A DNA stretch of 54,040 bases, filler included, from Sluysia triapertura (lineage: Eukaryota), in NCBI GenBank assembly GCA_046118255.1. It is 4 parts of 4 records of this genome, joined end to end, with 100 filler letters (N's around TTAATTAATTAA, not from the genome) between each part and the next. Parts side by side here need not be neighbours in the genome. Positions count along the whole stretch, not along the records: positions 29,270 to 41,058 come from JBJNIA010170479.1; positions 41,159 to 54,040 come from JBJNIA010075385.1; 2 more parts are not named here. One strand, given 5' to 3'. Made by a program: the position numbers and the translations under genes. Within the stretch, counting starts at the first letter, position 1. Each line of letters begins with the position of its first letter. The notes beneath the pieces are model-generated. The model saw only the letters and a program-made list of their open reading frames with translations, searched no databases and was not told where the DNA came from. This document shows, piece after piece, positions 39,096 to 53,249 of this stretch.

Positions 39096-40718
39096 TAGAG
39101 AAAATATTTTTTAAGTAAAGGTGAAATAACTTCTTAAAGTGTCTGTAAATTTAATAGGATGCTCTTAACTTATTCAAATAATTTTTTGATTATTTCGGAA
39201 TTCAAATGCTTATCAGTCAAATCGTGTTGAATTCTGGAGGTATTTTATTTTATAAACAAATAGAAGTCATTGCTAACTGAAAAATAACAGTTAAGTTTAA
39301 TATTTTAAGAAATAGTTTGCGTAAATCATGTGAAAAGGATTTGTAATAAATGATTTTGCATATCAGAATTAAACTCTGAGAAGGGAAAACTTTGTTGCAG
39401 TAGATATTTTATATTTGAAACTATGAAAATTAATTATTAGTAAAAATGAACTCCCTAACAATTTATATTGTATACTAAATAGGGTACAAGTGAAAATATA
39501 ACAATAAAGATATTACGGAGAATTATTCTAGGATAATTCAAATAATATTAATAATTTATTAATGATTTTTCGTGAAACTCTTATTAGTTTCGAAAATTAA
39601 TTACAACAATATATTTTAAGTGGATTTTACGAGGATATTTTTCATATCCAAAACTTAACATAATAAACTAACATAGTATTTTAAGGAAAAAAATTCGATA
39701 AGTGTTTAGTGGTTTAATATATTGGCTGCTAATTAAATAAATATTAATTTCATATTGATAAGTTTGATGTAAATTGGTTTTAAATGAACATATTCCTTCT
39801 AACATTAAGTTTAATATTATACTATTACTTGCTAAGATTTCGAGACAAATGAAATACAAAACTTTATAAGAATTAAATTTATTAAGTACTATAACAATTA
39901 AAATTTTATTTTCTTTCTTTGTCATATCTTTATATACTGCATCGATCCTCACCTTCAATTGAATTTCTAAAATAAAAACAGTACTTAGATGATTACTAAA
40001 TTAATGAATAAAATAATTACGTTAATACTATTCTCTGACAAAAGAAGTACTGTAATACTAGGGCAGTCATTCTTTTCCTGTACTCTGAAACGATGCTTGG
40101 ATGTATTGTTTGTTTCTCGAACTCCACAATAGCGTAGCAGGAACGTTGTTTCGTCAGGTTTATAACAATTCATGATTCTTCCGATAACCAACTTAGACAT
40201 GAAACGATGGCGGTTCCGAAATCCTATTTTTACTTTAAAATATCTAACTTTACTGTAGACCACTACATTTCGTTGTTTTTTATAATAACTTCCATACTTG
40301 TATAAATGATATTTTTCTAAATGTAACATTACAAGCTGATCAAACCATACCTTCATCGAAAGTTCTTTTTAAAACAAATACATGCACAGTTTCAATTTTA
40401 ACATAGCACTCCGTATTCACAAAAACGTAGTTTTTCTTAATTAACTTAATTAAGATTTTCATTAATTCTATTTTTAGACTTAATCTCATTTTATGATTAA
40501 AGCTACTTAGTAGTGTGTAAGGCATTCAGAAGGCTCCAGATGCTTTTACGTTCATCTCCCTGATTCCGTTTTCTACTTCTTTATGTTAATTATTACTATC
40601 TAAACTTATTATTAATACCAATAACAATGATTATATTTCCCAAATATTTTAAACACTTTATAAGATTACTACAGGATCTCAAAAGCTTATCGATGTTTCA
40701 AGAATAAAGATTGATAAG

Positions 40719-41058
40719 TGTAGTGGTCAACATTCATAATTCAAACCCAATCAAAATACCAAATCTAATATTCATAAATCAAACTTCACTAAAATACAAT
40801 TTTCATAATAATCATATTTTTTTTACTTCCGAAGTACACCAACACAAACATCATAAAAAACATTCGATAATCACAACACCTCATTAACTCATATAAACCA
40901 ACAAATCAACTAACATCTCAACCATTTATAACACAACAAACTTCGATATTCAGCTCAAACAATATATAACATTCATTCACGAAATATTTCAATAAACAAA
41001 TCACAATCACAGTATAAACTTCACAAATCACAAATATAATAGCATTCAAACAACGCTA
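40719..41058 (+). mobile_element. LTR-like C/A-rich block truncated by a gap
   Basis: Starts TGTAGTG, as does the block at 7656; strongly G-depleted. Confidence 0.45.
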
Positions 41059-41158
41059 NNNNNNNNNNNNNNNNNNNNNNNNNNNNNNNNNNNNNNNNNN
41101 NNTTAATTAATTAANNNNNNNNNNNNNNNNNNNNNNNNNNNNNNNNNNNNNNNNNNNN
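41059..41158. other. assembly gap linker
   Basis: N44-TTAATTAATTAA-N44. Confidence 0.97.
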
Positions 41159-42929
41159 AAATCATTAATTTAAATATCATATTAGCAATTAATTGAGATG
41201 ATTGGTTATTTATTCAGTTAAATATAAACATAATTTATCAATATTTTAATCAATGACGATATTAAAACTAGATTTTTAAATTAAGACATAAGACATCACG
41301 GATTTCTAATTTATCTTTTAAAATCAGTTATTAATTTAGATTTTTTAAATATTTTTTCTCAAAACTATTTTATTAATTAAGTTATTTCAATATTAATTTC
41401 AAATTCAAGACAATTTTATGAACCACAGTCATACGAACCATAATATATATAATCATAAATATTTATAAATATTAGTGATTTTTAGGTGTATTTTAATATT
41501 TAAAATGATTTTTATTGTATTAGTTCCAATTGTTAATACTTTATTTTAGTGCCAATCGTCATAATATGAAATTTCGTGCTGGAAATAGAGAAATGGAAAA
41601 TTATCACAGTGATTTAGATGATATATTAGACAGTGAAATGCAGAAAATGAATGTAAGTAATTATATATTAAGTTTGAAGCTAGATGTTCACATGGAGTAA
41701 AATAATTTATAATCAGAGCTCTAATATTACACGAAAACTTTTTATAGTTTATAAAATTTAACAACAATATTTTGAATCTCATGATAAATTATTTACTTAC
41801 ATTTAATGAGTTTATTAATTTTCATTTTCATCGAATACACTAACTCGTGAACAAGTATCATGGAGAGATAAAGTTTTAGATAAAAAACAAATAAAGATGA
41901 AAGATAATTTATTGAGACGCAAATATAAAGTACGAATAACTAATAATTTTGAGATATTAAAACTCAGGTGTTGTCCGAAAGTAAAATCGTCTGGATGAGA
42001 AACACATGTGGGACCGGACCTCATGTTAGATTAAAAATTTTGAACTTTTATTCTGTAATAAATATACACATCAATATAAATATTTGTGAGGTAAATTTTA
42101 TCAATTGTATCCCATTATTGTTCGTTGATCCTGTTTTTTGATAAATTGTGCTTTGTTACTTACAAATTTATCGAATGGGATTTGAAGGATGAATAAATAC
42201 AAAGAAATGAAAGGAATTAGAGCGCATAAATTTGGATGAACGAAAAATAGCTCCATAAAAAGTAGAATTGAGGAAGATTTTAAGAAAAGATAAATAGGAA
42301 CGAATAGCTAATAGAACAGCAAAACTATCAGCTTAATTTAACAATTTGTTTTTTATTTAACAATTTAGCAATATTTTCCAAATTAAATTACATTTTATTC
42401 AAAACATTTGATTCATTAATTAATGCACACCAGAAGGGTTATTTGAATTCATCAAAAGTAGACTGACCGGGAAGCTAACGCGGGATGCCTGGCTTCACAA
42501 TTGGATGAAAAATTAATTGTGTTTAGATAAGTAAACAACTCGTCTTCTTGAAGAGGTTCAAAGTTTTGTGGTTTACTATTTGATTTATCCTCATAATATA
42601 GTGCTTGAGTTGTTTGGCTTGTTTCTTTTCATATTAATGGCTATTAATTTCGTTACATAAATTATTACCTTTAGAAATATACCACTTAAGGTGCATTAAA
42701 TGTCGAAAACGTAGATTAGGTTTTCTTGGTCCATCTCGACATTTACGTAGCATAAATAAGAAAAATAATAATCCATGGTTTATTAACAAAATTATGATAA
42801 TTAAAAAGCTTATTTATTTGGATTGTAATCAACCTCTCTAGTTACTATCACGCGAAACTTTGCCAACAGTATCGATATTGTCTTTATTCGACATCGAGGA
42901 TATCAAGCACTCTTTACTTCTTTTCTTGA

Positions 42930-43860
42930 AATTTCAGAAAAACTTGATTTCAATTTGCTTTTAGTAATGATGAATCACAATTAGATTTGAAACTTCGAAT
43001 TCTTCAAAACGGTAACTTGATGGATTTTTTTAATATCCTAAGTACAATGCCGATGAACATGTAGCGCACTTATTATTCAAATTTAATATTGAAATTCCAA
43101 TCAAACCAATTTCATAAATACTTCCTGTCCACAAATTCGTCATATACATAACCACAACTTGCATGATTAATATTGGAATCTGTTAAATACGACTTCATTG
43201 CTTTAATAGTAAATTCTGGATAATCTATTTCGTCATTTGGTTTTATAATATCTGACATTTCAACTGCGATCACGAACACTTTAAGATTAATTATAATAAA
43301 ATTTTACATTTTCAAATTTTAGACTTCGTAAGTTTGGAACAGTACCATCATCACCATTTAAAGAGTAATTGAAACGGCGAGTTTCCGTTTTTTGAAAGTA
43401 CGCTTTCTGATATAGCTGAATAAAGTGTCACTTAAATAAACTGTTTTAGCTAAGGCGTCAGTGACTGGTATAACTTCTTTAGGAAAAAATACTAAATTCT
43501 GAAATAAATCTGGTGAATCTGCTTTTAAATGTGAACCATTATATCCAAATAATTCCTTGTGAACGAAGAATCGTCACGTAATTTTTGTATGTAATCTGGC
43601 ATTGATAAATTAAAAACTAAATCTGAAGCTAAATTTTCATAACGTTCTCCATTGCATTATTTACATTAACTCCATAGAATACACTTGTAGGTATATCTAC
43701 TAAATCTGAAATGCGATGATACTGATGATCACCAATAAGCAAGTGTGTAATTCCATGATAAACTTGTGATGACAATTCAGAATGACAATTGACTGCCAAT
43801 TGGAGAAGACTGTAATCAAGGCCTCAGTTCACTTTCTTGTGTTTGCCATCCATCTGATTT
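42930..43860 (-). pseudogene. decayed intronless ORF of unknown origin
   Basis: Long protein-like fragments (KELFGYNGSHLKADSPDLFQNLVFFPKEVIPVTDALAKTVYLSD; SDIIKPNDEIDYPEFTIKAMKSYLTDSNINHASCGYVYDEF) separated by frameshifts. Confidence 0.4.
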
Positions 43861-44329
43861 TTGAGTTGAAAATAAATCTGACTACTCAGAACTGACATAA
43901 TTAATGATCTTGGAAAATTGAATCAAAATTTCAACTTCGAAATACAAAAATAATTCGCTCAACATAAACTTTTTAAATTCAAAAATTTTCAAAATTCTCA
44001 TTATTGAGGATCTATTATAAAAACTATATAATTTTTTTAAACTTTAGCAGAGTATGAGCGGGTATTCTTAAGTACAGTCCATAAAACGGGTAATAGTACC
44101 CGCCCCGCTCTTAATGTGTTAATAAAAAGTTAATTTATAAAATAAAAATTTTCTTGGAGTAATGCTTAACCAATTTTCAGTTTAATGTTTTAAACGTTTC
44201 TAAATACTTATTCAAAATTTATATATGGTACTTAAATTGTAAGGTAATAATAACAGCAAAAATGTATTAAACATTAAATTAAAATCTTTTCCAGAAGGTT
44301 GTGCAATAAACGATTTAAAAAACCCCAAT

Positions 44330-46352
44330 GAATGAGTTTGATTGACATTCAAAAGGACTGCTGTTTGTCATCATTTGCCAGAGCACAATTTGCAGTAGGA
44401 GTGATTACTGGGTATCGGGACAAGATATGATTGGTATAAATTCGATAAGACGTTTTAAGCATTCCAATAGAAATGTCTACCAGCAATTTGTTTATTAAAT
44501 TTTTACTGAATTTGAAGGTCTTAAGGATACTAATGTTATCAGGGTTCATTGTGCCAATAACCGGGAAAATTAAAGTGAAGATTTTGATCTTACGCCTCAC
44601 AATTTTGCTAAGATGTTAGGAGAATGGTGAATATTTCAGAGTTTTCCTTATGAATATCTGAATAAGTCTCGATTTTATCAAACGGTGTTTTAACATTAAT
44701 AAGAAAGTAGCAATCATTGTACGAAAAGAGTAAGTCAGGCAGTTGATGTTTGATGTGATGAGGTTTATCGGGCCCGTTAGAAAAGAGGGAGCATTGAGCA
44801 TCACAGTTAACATCAATGCCATTATCTCTGAAAAGAGAAGCGACAAGCCCAAGTGCTAAGTTGTGGCGCAAGGTTATAAGGCTGGAGTTGAAATGACAGT
44901 GGTTAAGAACGTGAGGTGCAGATTCACACTTAAAAGAATAGCGCCGACAGTTGGTGGGAAGATTTGCTTTCAAGTTTCTCGCAGTGAAATTTAGAAGTAA
45001 AGTATTTGTTCGAGCTTTGAATAGGAAGAAGAAAGTATTATCAGGGATTTCGAAGCTCATAAGCATTCTATTTGTAAGTCGAGACTGTGCAAGAGAAGAA
45101 GTCAGGAGAGATTGGCATTTCAAGCACTGACATCTTAGAAAATGAGATAACCCGGTCAGTTGATGAAAGACCTGAGTGACGTTATCCTTTTCATCTTTTG
45201 TGAAAGAAAATGAAGTCGATTGTAAAGTTAAGTTAATAGAGAAAGAATCATCCGCAAAAGTAAACAAGACTCGGATATCGTGCTTTCATTTGAGAGCCTT
45301 ACAGTAGCCCCTAACGTTAGACCACAGGGTTGACTTGGGGGGATACATTTCAGAATTAGTGATGTCTGGTTTCCGGAAAATAGCTTAGAGTTCTCTTTAA
45401 GGTATTATATAAAAACATCGAACAGTATTGACGTCAGTGGTAAAGATACGGAAATAGTGAACTACAGTTTGAATTAAGTATTCGCTGTGAAAAGAAGTAA
45501 AGCCAAGTCCTCCAAGATCAGTAGTAGTGTAAAGGAAGTCAATATATGATGAGTGAAAGTGGATTTGAAGATCGGGCCTCAGGATGTTTCTAAAGCTTTT
45601 TTCAAAAGAGGGCGTGGCCTATCAGCATCCTCATTCTTGTAGTGCATTCGTGCACTCCCAAGCTGCGTTCGTATTATTTTATAAGCTCTAAATCGATAAG
45701 GGAAGCAAGACAAAATATAGATTTGGATAGCTCTGATTTTTTGAACAGGATGAAGTTGGGATTCTAATATTTTAGAGCAATTAGAGAGAGCGGTGTCAAG
45801 TAAAGACTTAATTGATAAGTGTTTTGGACTTCCGATTTTTGAGCCGAGATAAGTAGTGTCCTTTGGAGTTAATGATAGGAACAGGGGTATTATAAATAGT
45901 AAGGGACGCTTCAGACTTGACAGTGTTAAGAAAGCCACATTTATCAGGGCGAAATTTTAGGTTGATGTATGAAGATAGCACGGCAAGTAAACGAGTAGCC
46001 CAAGTAAGTAAAGGGAGAAACACTATGGATAACAAAGCGAAGCAGTGGTTCGATGGCAAGACAAAAGAATGTCATAGACAAAGGACATTCTTGTTTAACA
46101 CCAACTTTAACAGATAATAGATAATCGCGTGAAACAGAGCCAAAAGCATTAGGGAAATCGAGACAGCAAATAAATAGTGGAGGTAATGAGGGTGTGATGT
46201 GTTGGCATGTAAGAGAGTCTGAAGTGTGAATGAGGTCAAGACAGGCATGAGAATGGATTGTAGGTTTAATATTTTAGCGTAAATCCTGTAAGAAGTATGG
46301 ACAATAGTAATGGGTCGCCAAGAGGATGGAGAAATAGAATCAGTACCTTTCC
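44330..46352 (-). mobile_element. 5'-truncated, decayed non-LTR retrotransposon with restriction-like endonuclease (R2/NeSL/R4 group)
   Basis: RT motifs WRPITI..YRIYAKILN, LDFPNAFGSVS, NLKFRPDKC, YLGSKIG and thumb GGLGF. C-terminal KARTNTL, CRR..CESAPHVLNHC zinc knuckle, RHN and PDL..INVKTPFD (PD-D/ExK). Confidence 0.9.
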
Positions 46353-48316
46353 AGATTTAAGAATTAGATAGGTTAGCAACGATATTACTACTTATACACC
46401 AATAATATTTATTTCACATATGCGGGATCATACGATCCACATGAAAAATTTTGCGCATGACAATATCATATTTTGATAAGTCACAAAAATCAATTAACAT
46501 CACAGTGCAATATGTTAATCTCTTTTTGAAGAAAATGTCTTATTGATCACATTAACTTTGCGCCAGGTAAGTATGAAGTTTTGTTTTTTTAATTATTCAA
46601 TTCAAAAACTCTTAAACATATATAAAATAATTAATTTTCAAGTATATTTGATTTACTAAAGGAAATTGTTTTTAATCTTTAAGTTTATTTTTAACTAATA
46701 TAATTTTTCTGTATTTAATTTTAATAAAATAAGTTTTCCAAATAATAATTCATTTGAAATTTGAATTATTTCATTTTTTTTATTTATTTCAAATAATGTT
46801 TTTGATTATGTAATAAAACAATGGTTTTATAAATAATCAAAAATATTTGTTAAGAAAATAACTGCTTATAAAAATGTAATATTGTTGAACTTAATTTGGA
46901 ACAAAATTGCAAATACGTACTGAGTTACTTAACATCGACTAAATTAACAAATCGATATTTTCTATTTTATTCAGTTTTGAGATTTCATTGTAATTTTTGG
47001 TTAATTAATAAAAATTTTTCATTTAATGATTGACTTAGTCATTTCTGTTCGTTTGAATATATAAACAATTTAGATAGCATCAGAATAAAATTTATTTTAC
47101 GAAATGAAATGAATTTATGAAATTGAAATTTAAAATGGAGTGACAGAAGTTATTGCAGTATCAATTAAAAATATATTTAGCATATAAAGATTAAATTTTC
47201 AATCACAAATCAAAGTAACTGTGGTCATAAGAGTTTTGTAATGTTATATTACGATGTTAACGATTTTAGATTAAATCGGTTAGGTCTTTCGATGAAGGAT
47301 GGTCGAGTTGGATAAATAGTGTTCATATACGTCAGGATGAGGAAATTGAAAACAAATTAGTGAATGTTTAACGTAGTCATACTTAGGATGCAAGGATATT
47401 AGATTAAGAGATGACACGGCATGGTCATAAAAATATTTAATCGATTCGATAAAATGCTTAGCGTAATTATTAGTTTTATTTTTAAGTATTATGTGAAGTT
47501 CTGTTAAAACTTCATTAAACGTTATAAGGAATCTCGAACTCACAGTTTCATTAAATTTGTCGTGATTGAAACCAAAGGTTTTAATTTCCTTTATACCGAC
47601 ACTAAAATTCGTGAATGAATTGACAATTAAAACCATTTAAAGTGACTTAAGGTCCATGGATTTATTGAAAAATTTTCTTTTAACATTTAACCGGACTTTA
47701 TGTAAGATTGAGAATAACCTGCCTACCAAAACAATCATCAATAACTTTATTACGAAAAAATTCAAAATAGTATTCATCAATCAAGCAAACTGCACAAAAT
47801 ATTATTAATGTAACGTAACAATACTTTCAATTGAACCATGTGAAGCACTGAATAAAACATCACTTTAGTCGGTATCGAGTATATAAAGAAGTTGCGTAAT
47901 ATATTGAGATTGTTGTTGGATCTGTTATTGTTACATTGATTGCAAAACTGTCGACGTTGACAAAACTAGAATACTAATTGTCGACAAGTGAATGTTTGCT
48001 AAGAATTTGGAAAATGCACTTTATAAATTCTCATGCATTTACTTTTTTTAGATCCACGTATTGCCCGTCTTAGAATCAATTTAACTTTTTCGATTTAACA
48101 TTTTAATTTTCAGTTGTTTTTTCTATAATATTATAAATATCGTTCTTTAATTCTACCTTATCGTATAGTAACATGAGAACTTGATATTATGATTATATTC
48201 TTTCTTACAATTAATTTTAATTTTTTCAATTATTGCATTTGATCTTTTATTTTTTGAACTGAATTTTTATCCAAACAATATTTGTCATTCATTATTATTA
48301 TTTATTATTATTATTA

Positions 48317-48360
<44 letters not shown>

Positions 48361-50510
48361 TATCAATTTTGTAATTAGAAATTTTATAGAAAATTCATTT
48401 AATTTGTTTTGAACATTTATTTTGTGCGCACAATTGCTTTTGATTTCAAAACGGATCTAGTTTTTTAATATATAGTTCAGATTAAAAGCTGTATGAGGTT
48501 CGAATCAAAGCTTGAAATAAAAAATACATCCAGTAACTATTACCATAAATAGTAAGAATAATATTACAATTGAGATAAAACATACCGGTGATAATAATAT
48601 ATAATGATAATAATAAATAATCTTAGTTACATAGTATTTTGATAAATACAAATCATTAGTTATTGTTTCGGTATATTGTATTTTATGTGGAGGATGAGTT
48701 ACGACATATGATATCGTGTGAAATAATATAAAACTGTTTGAACACCGTACAAAGCACTTCACTATATGATTAAAATACACTGTATGATCCACACATTGCT
48801 TCCGTAATATTTGATTATAAATTTAAATTTTTTCTTACAAATGACGCTTAATAGATCCATTGAAGAATCTGTTTCATTGTAATATTTCTAGGTCTTTATT
48901 ATAAAATTTGTTATTATACTCAATAGCATCCTCTAAACCGAAACCAACACTTCAAAGATTTGTGTAATTATTAAATATGTTATTATTTGGTGAACATTTC
49001 GTTGAAATGTACCACAGTTCTACTTCGACAGTACATTTCGTATTAAGAGAAGTTTATTTTATATTAGTTTTGTACAGGTTCGATGTCTTTTACTATATTG
49101 CGATTATTCCGACGTCCTACTAAACGTGCACAATTTTTTACTATTCGTTTCCAGCATTAGCTACAATTCGTTCGGAAGAAAGTCTATATGACGTTTATGA
49201 GGATAAACGTAAGAAAATCGTGTAAATATCTTATAAAAAGATGGTCAAGGATGGCATCACTAATAGTGAGCGATTTCGACAACAATCATTAAACGAATGC
49301 TAGGCAATTGATAGTCGTTTTGAGAACGATAATAGAATGTTTCACATTGTGTTATGAAGAAGTGTAATTGGCCTTGGTTTTCATTGATTTAAATTATCTA
49401 GGCATGCGAATTTAAAAAAAATCATGCTTATGACGACGTTTCGTAAACATAGTTTAACTCAAAACGTGATACTAGAATATGAGGCTTTAACTAATTTACA
49501 ACATTCATTAATACTAGTGATGGTATCATTCACGCTTTTTATCATTGTAATTTAAAATTTGATTTTTAAAATATAACAGAAATAGGTGGTAAATATCCAT
49601 TGCGAAATTGCTATAAAGTTTTAAATTATGAATTTCTTAAAATTTGAAGCTTTTAAATCAACGTAATGACTCACAAGACTAAATTTGAAATTAACATTAT
49701 AGGCGCCAGTTACGTTTTTAGTCATATGACGACGTCTTTTTTTGAAACAATTATCACAATTCATATTATGTAGGGTTTTTATTAAATCATACTTATAAAA
49801 CATTAAATTGAAACTTTACTGAGTTCACTATATTTCACAAGAAACAACCAGAGAAACATTGTACGAAACATCAACAATGAGTAGTTGATAATCATAATTT
49901 AAACTTATAACAATATATTTTGTAGTATTTAAATTCTTTCTTTTACTAAAAGGTATAATTATGTCACCAAGCTTCGAGTCAAATAAAATGCTTTTTTATC
50001 AGCGATGAATGGAATCCCATGTTATTGTTAATTGTGATTTTTAAACGACAAGTTTTAATAAGCAATATATTTTATGAATCTCCACATCTCTCTGTTACTT
50101 CTGGTGTACGAAGATTTCCAAAAACTTAATGATCGTTTTCGTCTGCCAATACAGTATCTAGATCTGACGAAACACTAGGAATGATTATTGTAAAAAATGT
50201 AGTAGTTTCGTCCTTTTTAGTTCGTGTAGTTTTTTCTCAAGCAACTTGTAACATTTTTAAAAAACATAGTATATAAGCATGAGCTTTAAAACACTAATGT
50301 ACTTCAATGCTTTTCTTTTAAGATTCTATACAGTTTTATACGTGACATTATCTGCAATACTTATTTCGTATTTTTTATAGAAGTTTTAAGCAAAGATTTT
50401 GGAATATTTCATCATGATAATTTATTAATTTATATTTAATAAATACTAAATACTAATAAATATTATATTTAAATGTCGATTTTCATCTCATTTATGATTG
50501 TTTATTCTAG

Positions 50511-50861
50511 AAATCAACTTTTATTCAAAAACGTTGTTCTGATATCTTGATTCCGTACGATTTAGAGTCGAAAGAAAATGAAAATTTATCAACTGTTGAT
50601 TTGAACAGGAGATTATGTATTTCAAATTCAAATTTAAAATCCTTATGCACAAATAGCAATAATAATAACATTGATTGTCAGAGTGATGAGACACCAATGA
50701 AATCCCAAGTTGAATCCACATCTTTCATTAGAAGTACTTCAAATTTTGAGAAACGATCTTTCCAAGTAAAACATGATACAAGCTGGATAAGAGAGAATAA
50801 AGAAGATACAGAATCAAGGTCAACAAATAACAATAATACCAGTAACAATAATATTCCTTAA
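50511..50861 (+). CDS. probable terminal exon of an unidentified gene (N/S-rich, ..FQVKHDTSWIRE..)
   Basis: Acceptor TTTATTCTAG at 50510; 116 open codons in phase 0 to TAA; AATAAA downstream near 50966. Confidence 0.55.
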   Translation, partial: KSTFIQKRCSDILIPYDLESKENENLSTVDLNRRLCISNSNLKSLCTNSNNNNIDCQSDETPMKSQVESTSFIRSTSNFEKRSFQVKHDTSWIRENKEDTESRSTNNNNTSNNNIP

Positions 50862-51572
50862 CATTATTTTATTCGATATTGGTATAATTATAGTGCACAT
50901 TAACCAGCTACACAATGTTTAAATCCGAAGATCATATAGTATTATTTCAACTATTTTGTGATAAATAATAAATCGTAACTGACATGTATGATTAACAAAA
51001 TCACTTATTTAGGGTCAGTTACGATATTGATTATTAGTTTTTTTTTCTTTTTCGTTTCTACTATTTACTTCATTGTTATTATTAGATTGGTTGCGGAAAT
51101 GTTGTTATAATTTGATAAATATTTCTATTTACTTATTATTTTTGTATATTAACTAGCTATTCGAAATTAAAATTCGAAAATTGTGTAACATTATTTTTCA
51201 AAAAGATAAATTATGATATAAACATAATTATAAAACTTTGTTATTTTAGAATTTATTTTTTTAGAGTTTAATTATGAAAGTTAGATTTTTCTTTTATTTT
51301 GATCTTACTGTGATTGTTTATCTATAATATTTAAATTCGCTCAATTATCTTTCATGCTTTTAAAAAGTGTAAATAATATTAATATTATAAATAATGTGCA
51401 CAATGATAATAAAAATAATAATAATATGCTACAGAAAATAAAAATTATAATTAATCTTATTTTATTGTATATAGAAAAGCTTTCTATATGCATTTTTCGG
51501 TTAAATTAATACCTGCAACCATTTCTAACAATATCTTTTTTATGAAACAGCCAGTCATCTCTTTAGGCATTC

Positions 51573-51621
<49 letters not shown>

Positions 51622-52759
51622 TTTGTGAGATTAAAAAGTTAATCATATGAAGACTAATTGTAATTTTTGGTGCTTTTATGTTTGTTAATAAGTATTTTGA
51701 TTATTTTACTTATTATTAATTATTAATTATTATTAAACATCCGTTCGTAATATATTACTTAAATTGAAAATATTTAATATGATTTATTGTCTAGATTTGA
51801 TTTAGAAATTTTTCTTGCAGACGTATTACGAAAATGATTTCGTGTCATTTTTCTATTCATGTTTGGCAAATTTATGAATTTAATTAATAGATTTATTAAT
51901 ATTAATTCATTAAAATTAAAATTGAGTTTTGCTATATTCAAATCATTTTATCAATAACACTTATTGTGTTTTATAGTTGTAATGTAAAAGAAACATGATT
52001 GTTGAAGTTTTGTTGAGTGCGACACTGATTTTGGCAATATATTAATTGATTAATTTGAAACATTTTTTAAAAATATAATTTTGTATGAAATATATATATA
52101 TTATGATTTTAATAATTATGTTACCACTCATAAGAGATTTTAGTGTTTAAAAATTGATTTTATCGTTTAATCATTCATGATAACCATTCTCTTAAATTAC
52201 TTCGATTATTATTATTATTATTTTAATATTACGCAGAAACAAGTAATGCATAATGTTAATGTTTAAGATTAAGTAAGATTATTTTGAATAAATATATTGA
52301 TTTAAAATATATACAATAAATGTTATTGGCTACAATGTTCAAGTATCTATTTTAATATTTTTTGATATAAAATAAAATTGGTATTTGCAACTTGAAATGC
52401 ATAATTCAAAGTCTGATAAGAATATCAGAAAATTTATTGATCAAAATATAATAACTAATTGTGTATTTATTGATGACTAATAATATATTATAATATGACA
52501 TATTGCATTAATTTCCACAGAAAGGGTATAAATAACAAGAGTATGAATAGAATAATTTAGTAATTAAAAAGTTTTCATATGATATTTTTTATTAGCAAAG
52601 CAAGATTAGAATTCAAAATCATGATGTTAATATATAAATACTTGTGTAATGAAAAGTGATGTAAAATATCTGAAATATGATAATATAAATATAATTAATT
52701 ATTTCTAGAGCAAGAATAATGAACAGTAAAATGTTCGTAATCGTTTTGAAACCGAAGAA

Positions 52760-52910
52760 CACCTTGGAATTCCAAAGACCTTTGTAGGATATTGAGACCC
52801 TTATGAAGACTTAAGCAAGGTTTGGGATTGTCTTGAAGTGTAAAGATACCTTTGAACTTCAGAACCTTGGGATCATTTGAGACCTTGTCGATATACTGAA
52901 TACCTTGTAA
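52760..52910 (-). repeat. degenerate CAAGGT-based periodic repeat, possible collagen-like (Gly-X-Y) remnant
   Basis: (C/A)AAGGT recurs roughly every 17-19 nt on the minus strand (QGIQ, QGLK, QGSE, KGI, QGV). Confidence 0.35.
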
Positions 52911-53249
52911 AGTATTTAACAACTTTATAACCATAATAAAACCTTTAAACTTGGAATAAAATAATTTTAATTAATTAATTAAAATCTTAATTAACTATTG
53001 GAAAATTACGTTTGCGTGAATACTCTTTGAATGAGGAATGCTATGTTCAAGCTGTAATTTTGTAAATGTGTCTTAAAGAGACCTTCCGATGAAGATGAGG
53101 TTTGATCGAGTTCATACGAGGAAAGCTTCTATATTGAGCAAAGTCGAATTTTAATTAACTTTGAATTTAAAATGAAATTTTCACATTTAGAATGATGAAG
53201 AGATTATGAGTTGGGTATGGAGTAATTGCTATGAAATAGGAGAATCCGA

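Noticed and set aside
46370-46566. CUB-domain-like exon remnant
   Set aside because: Stops in all frames and too little similarity to call.
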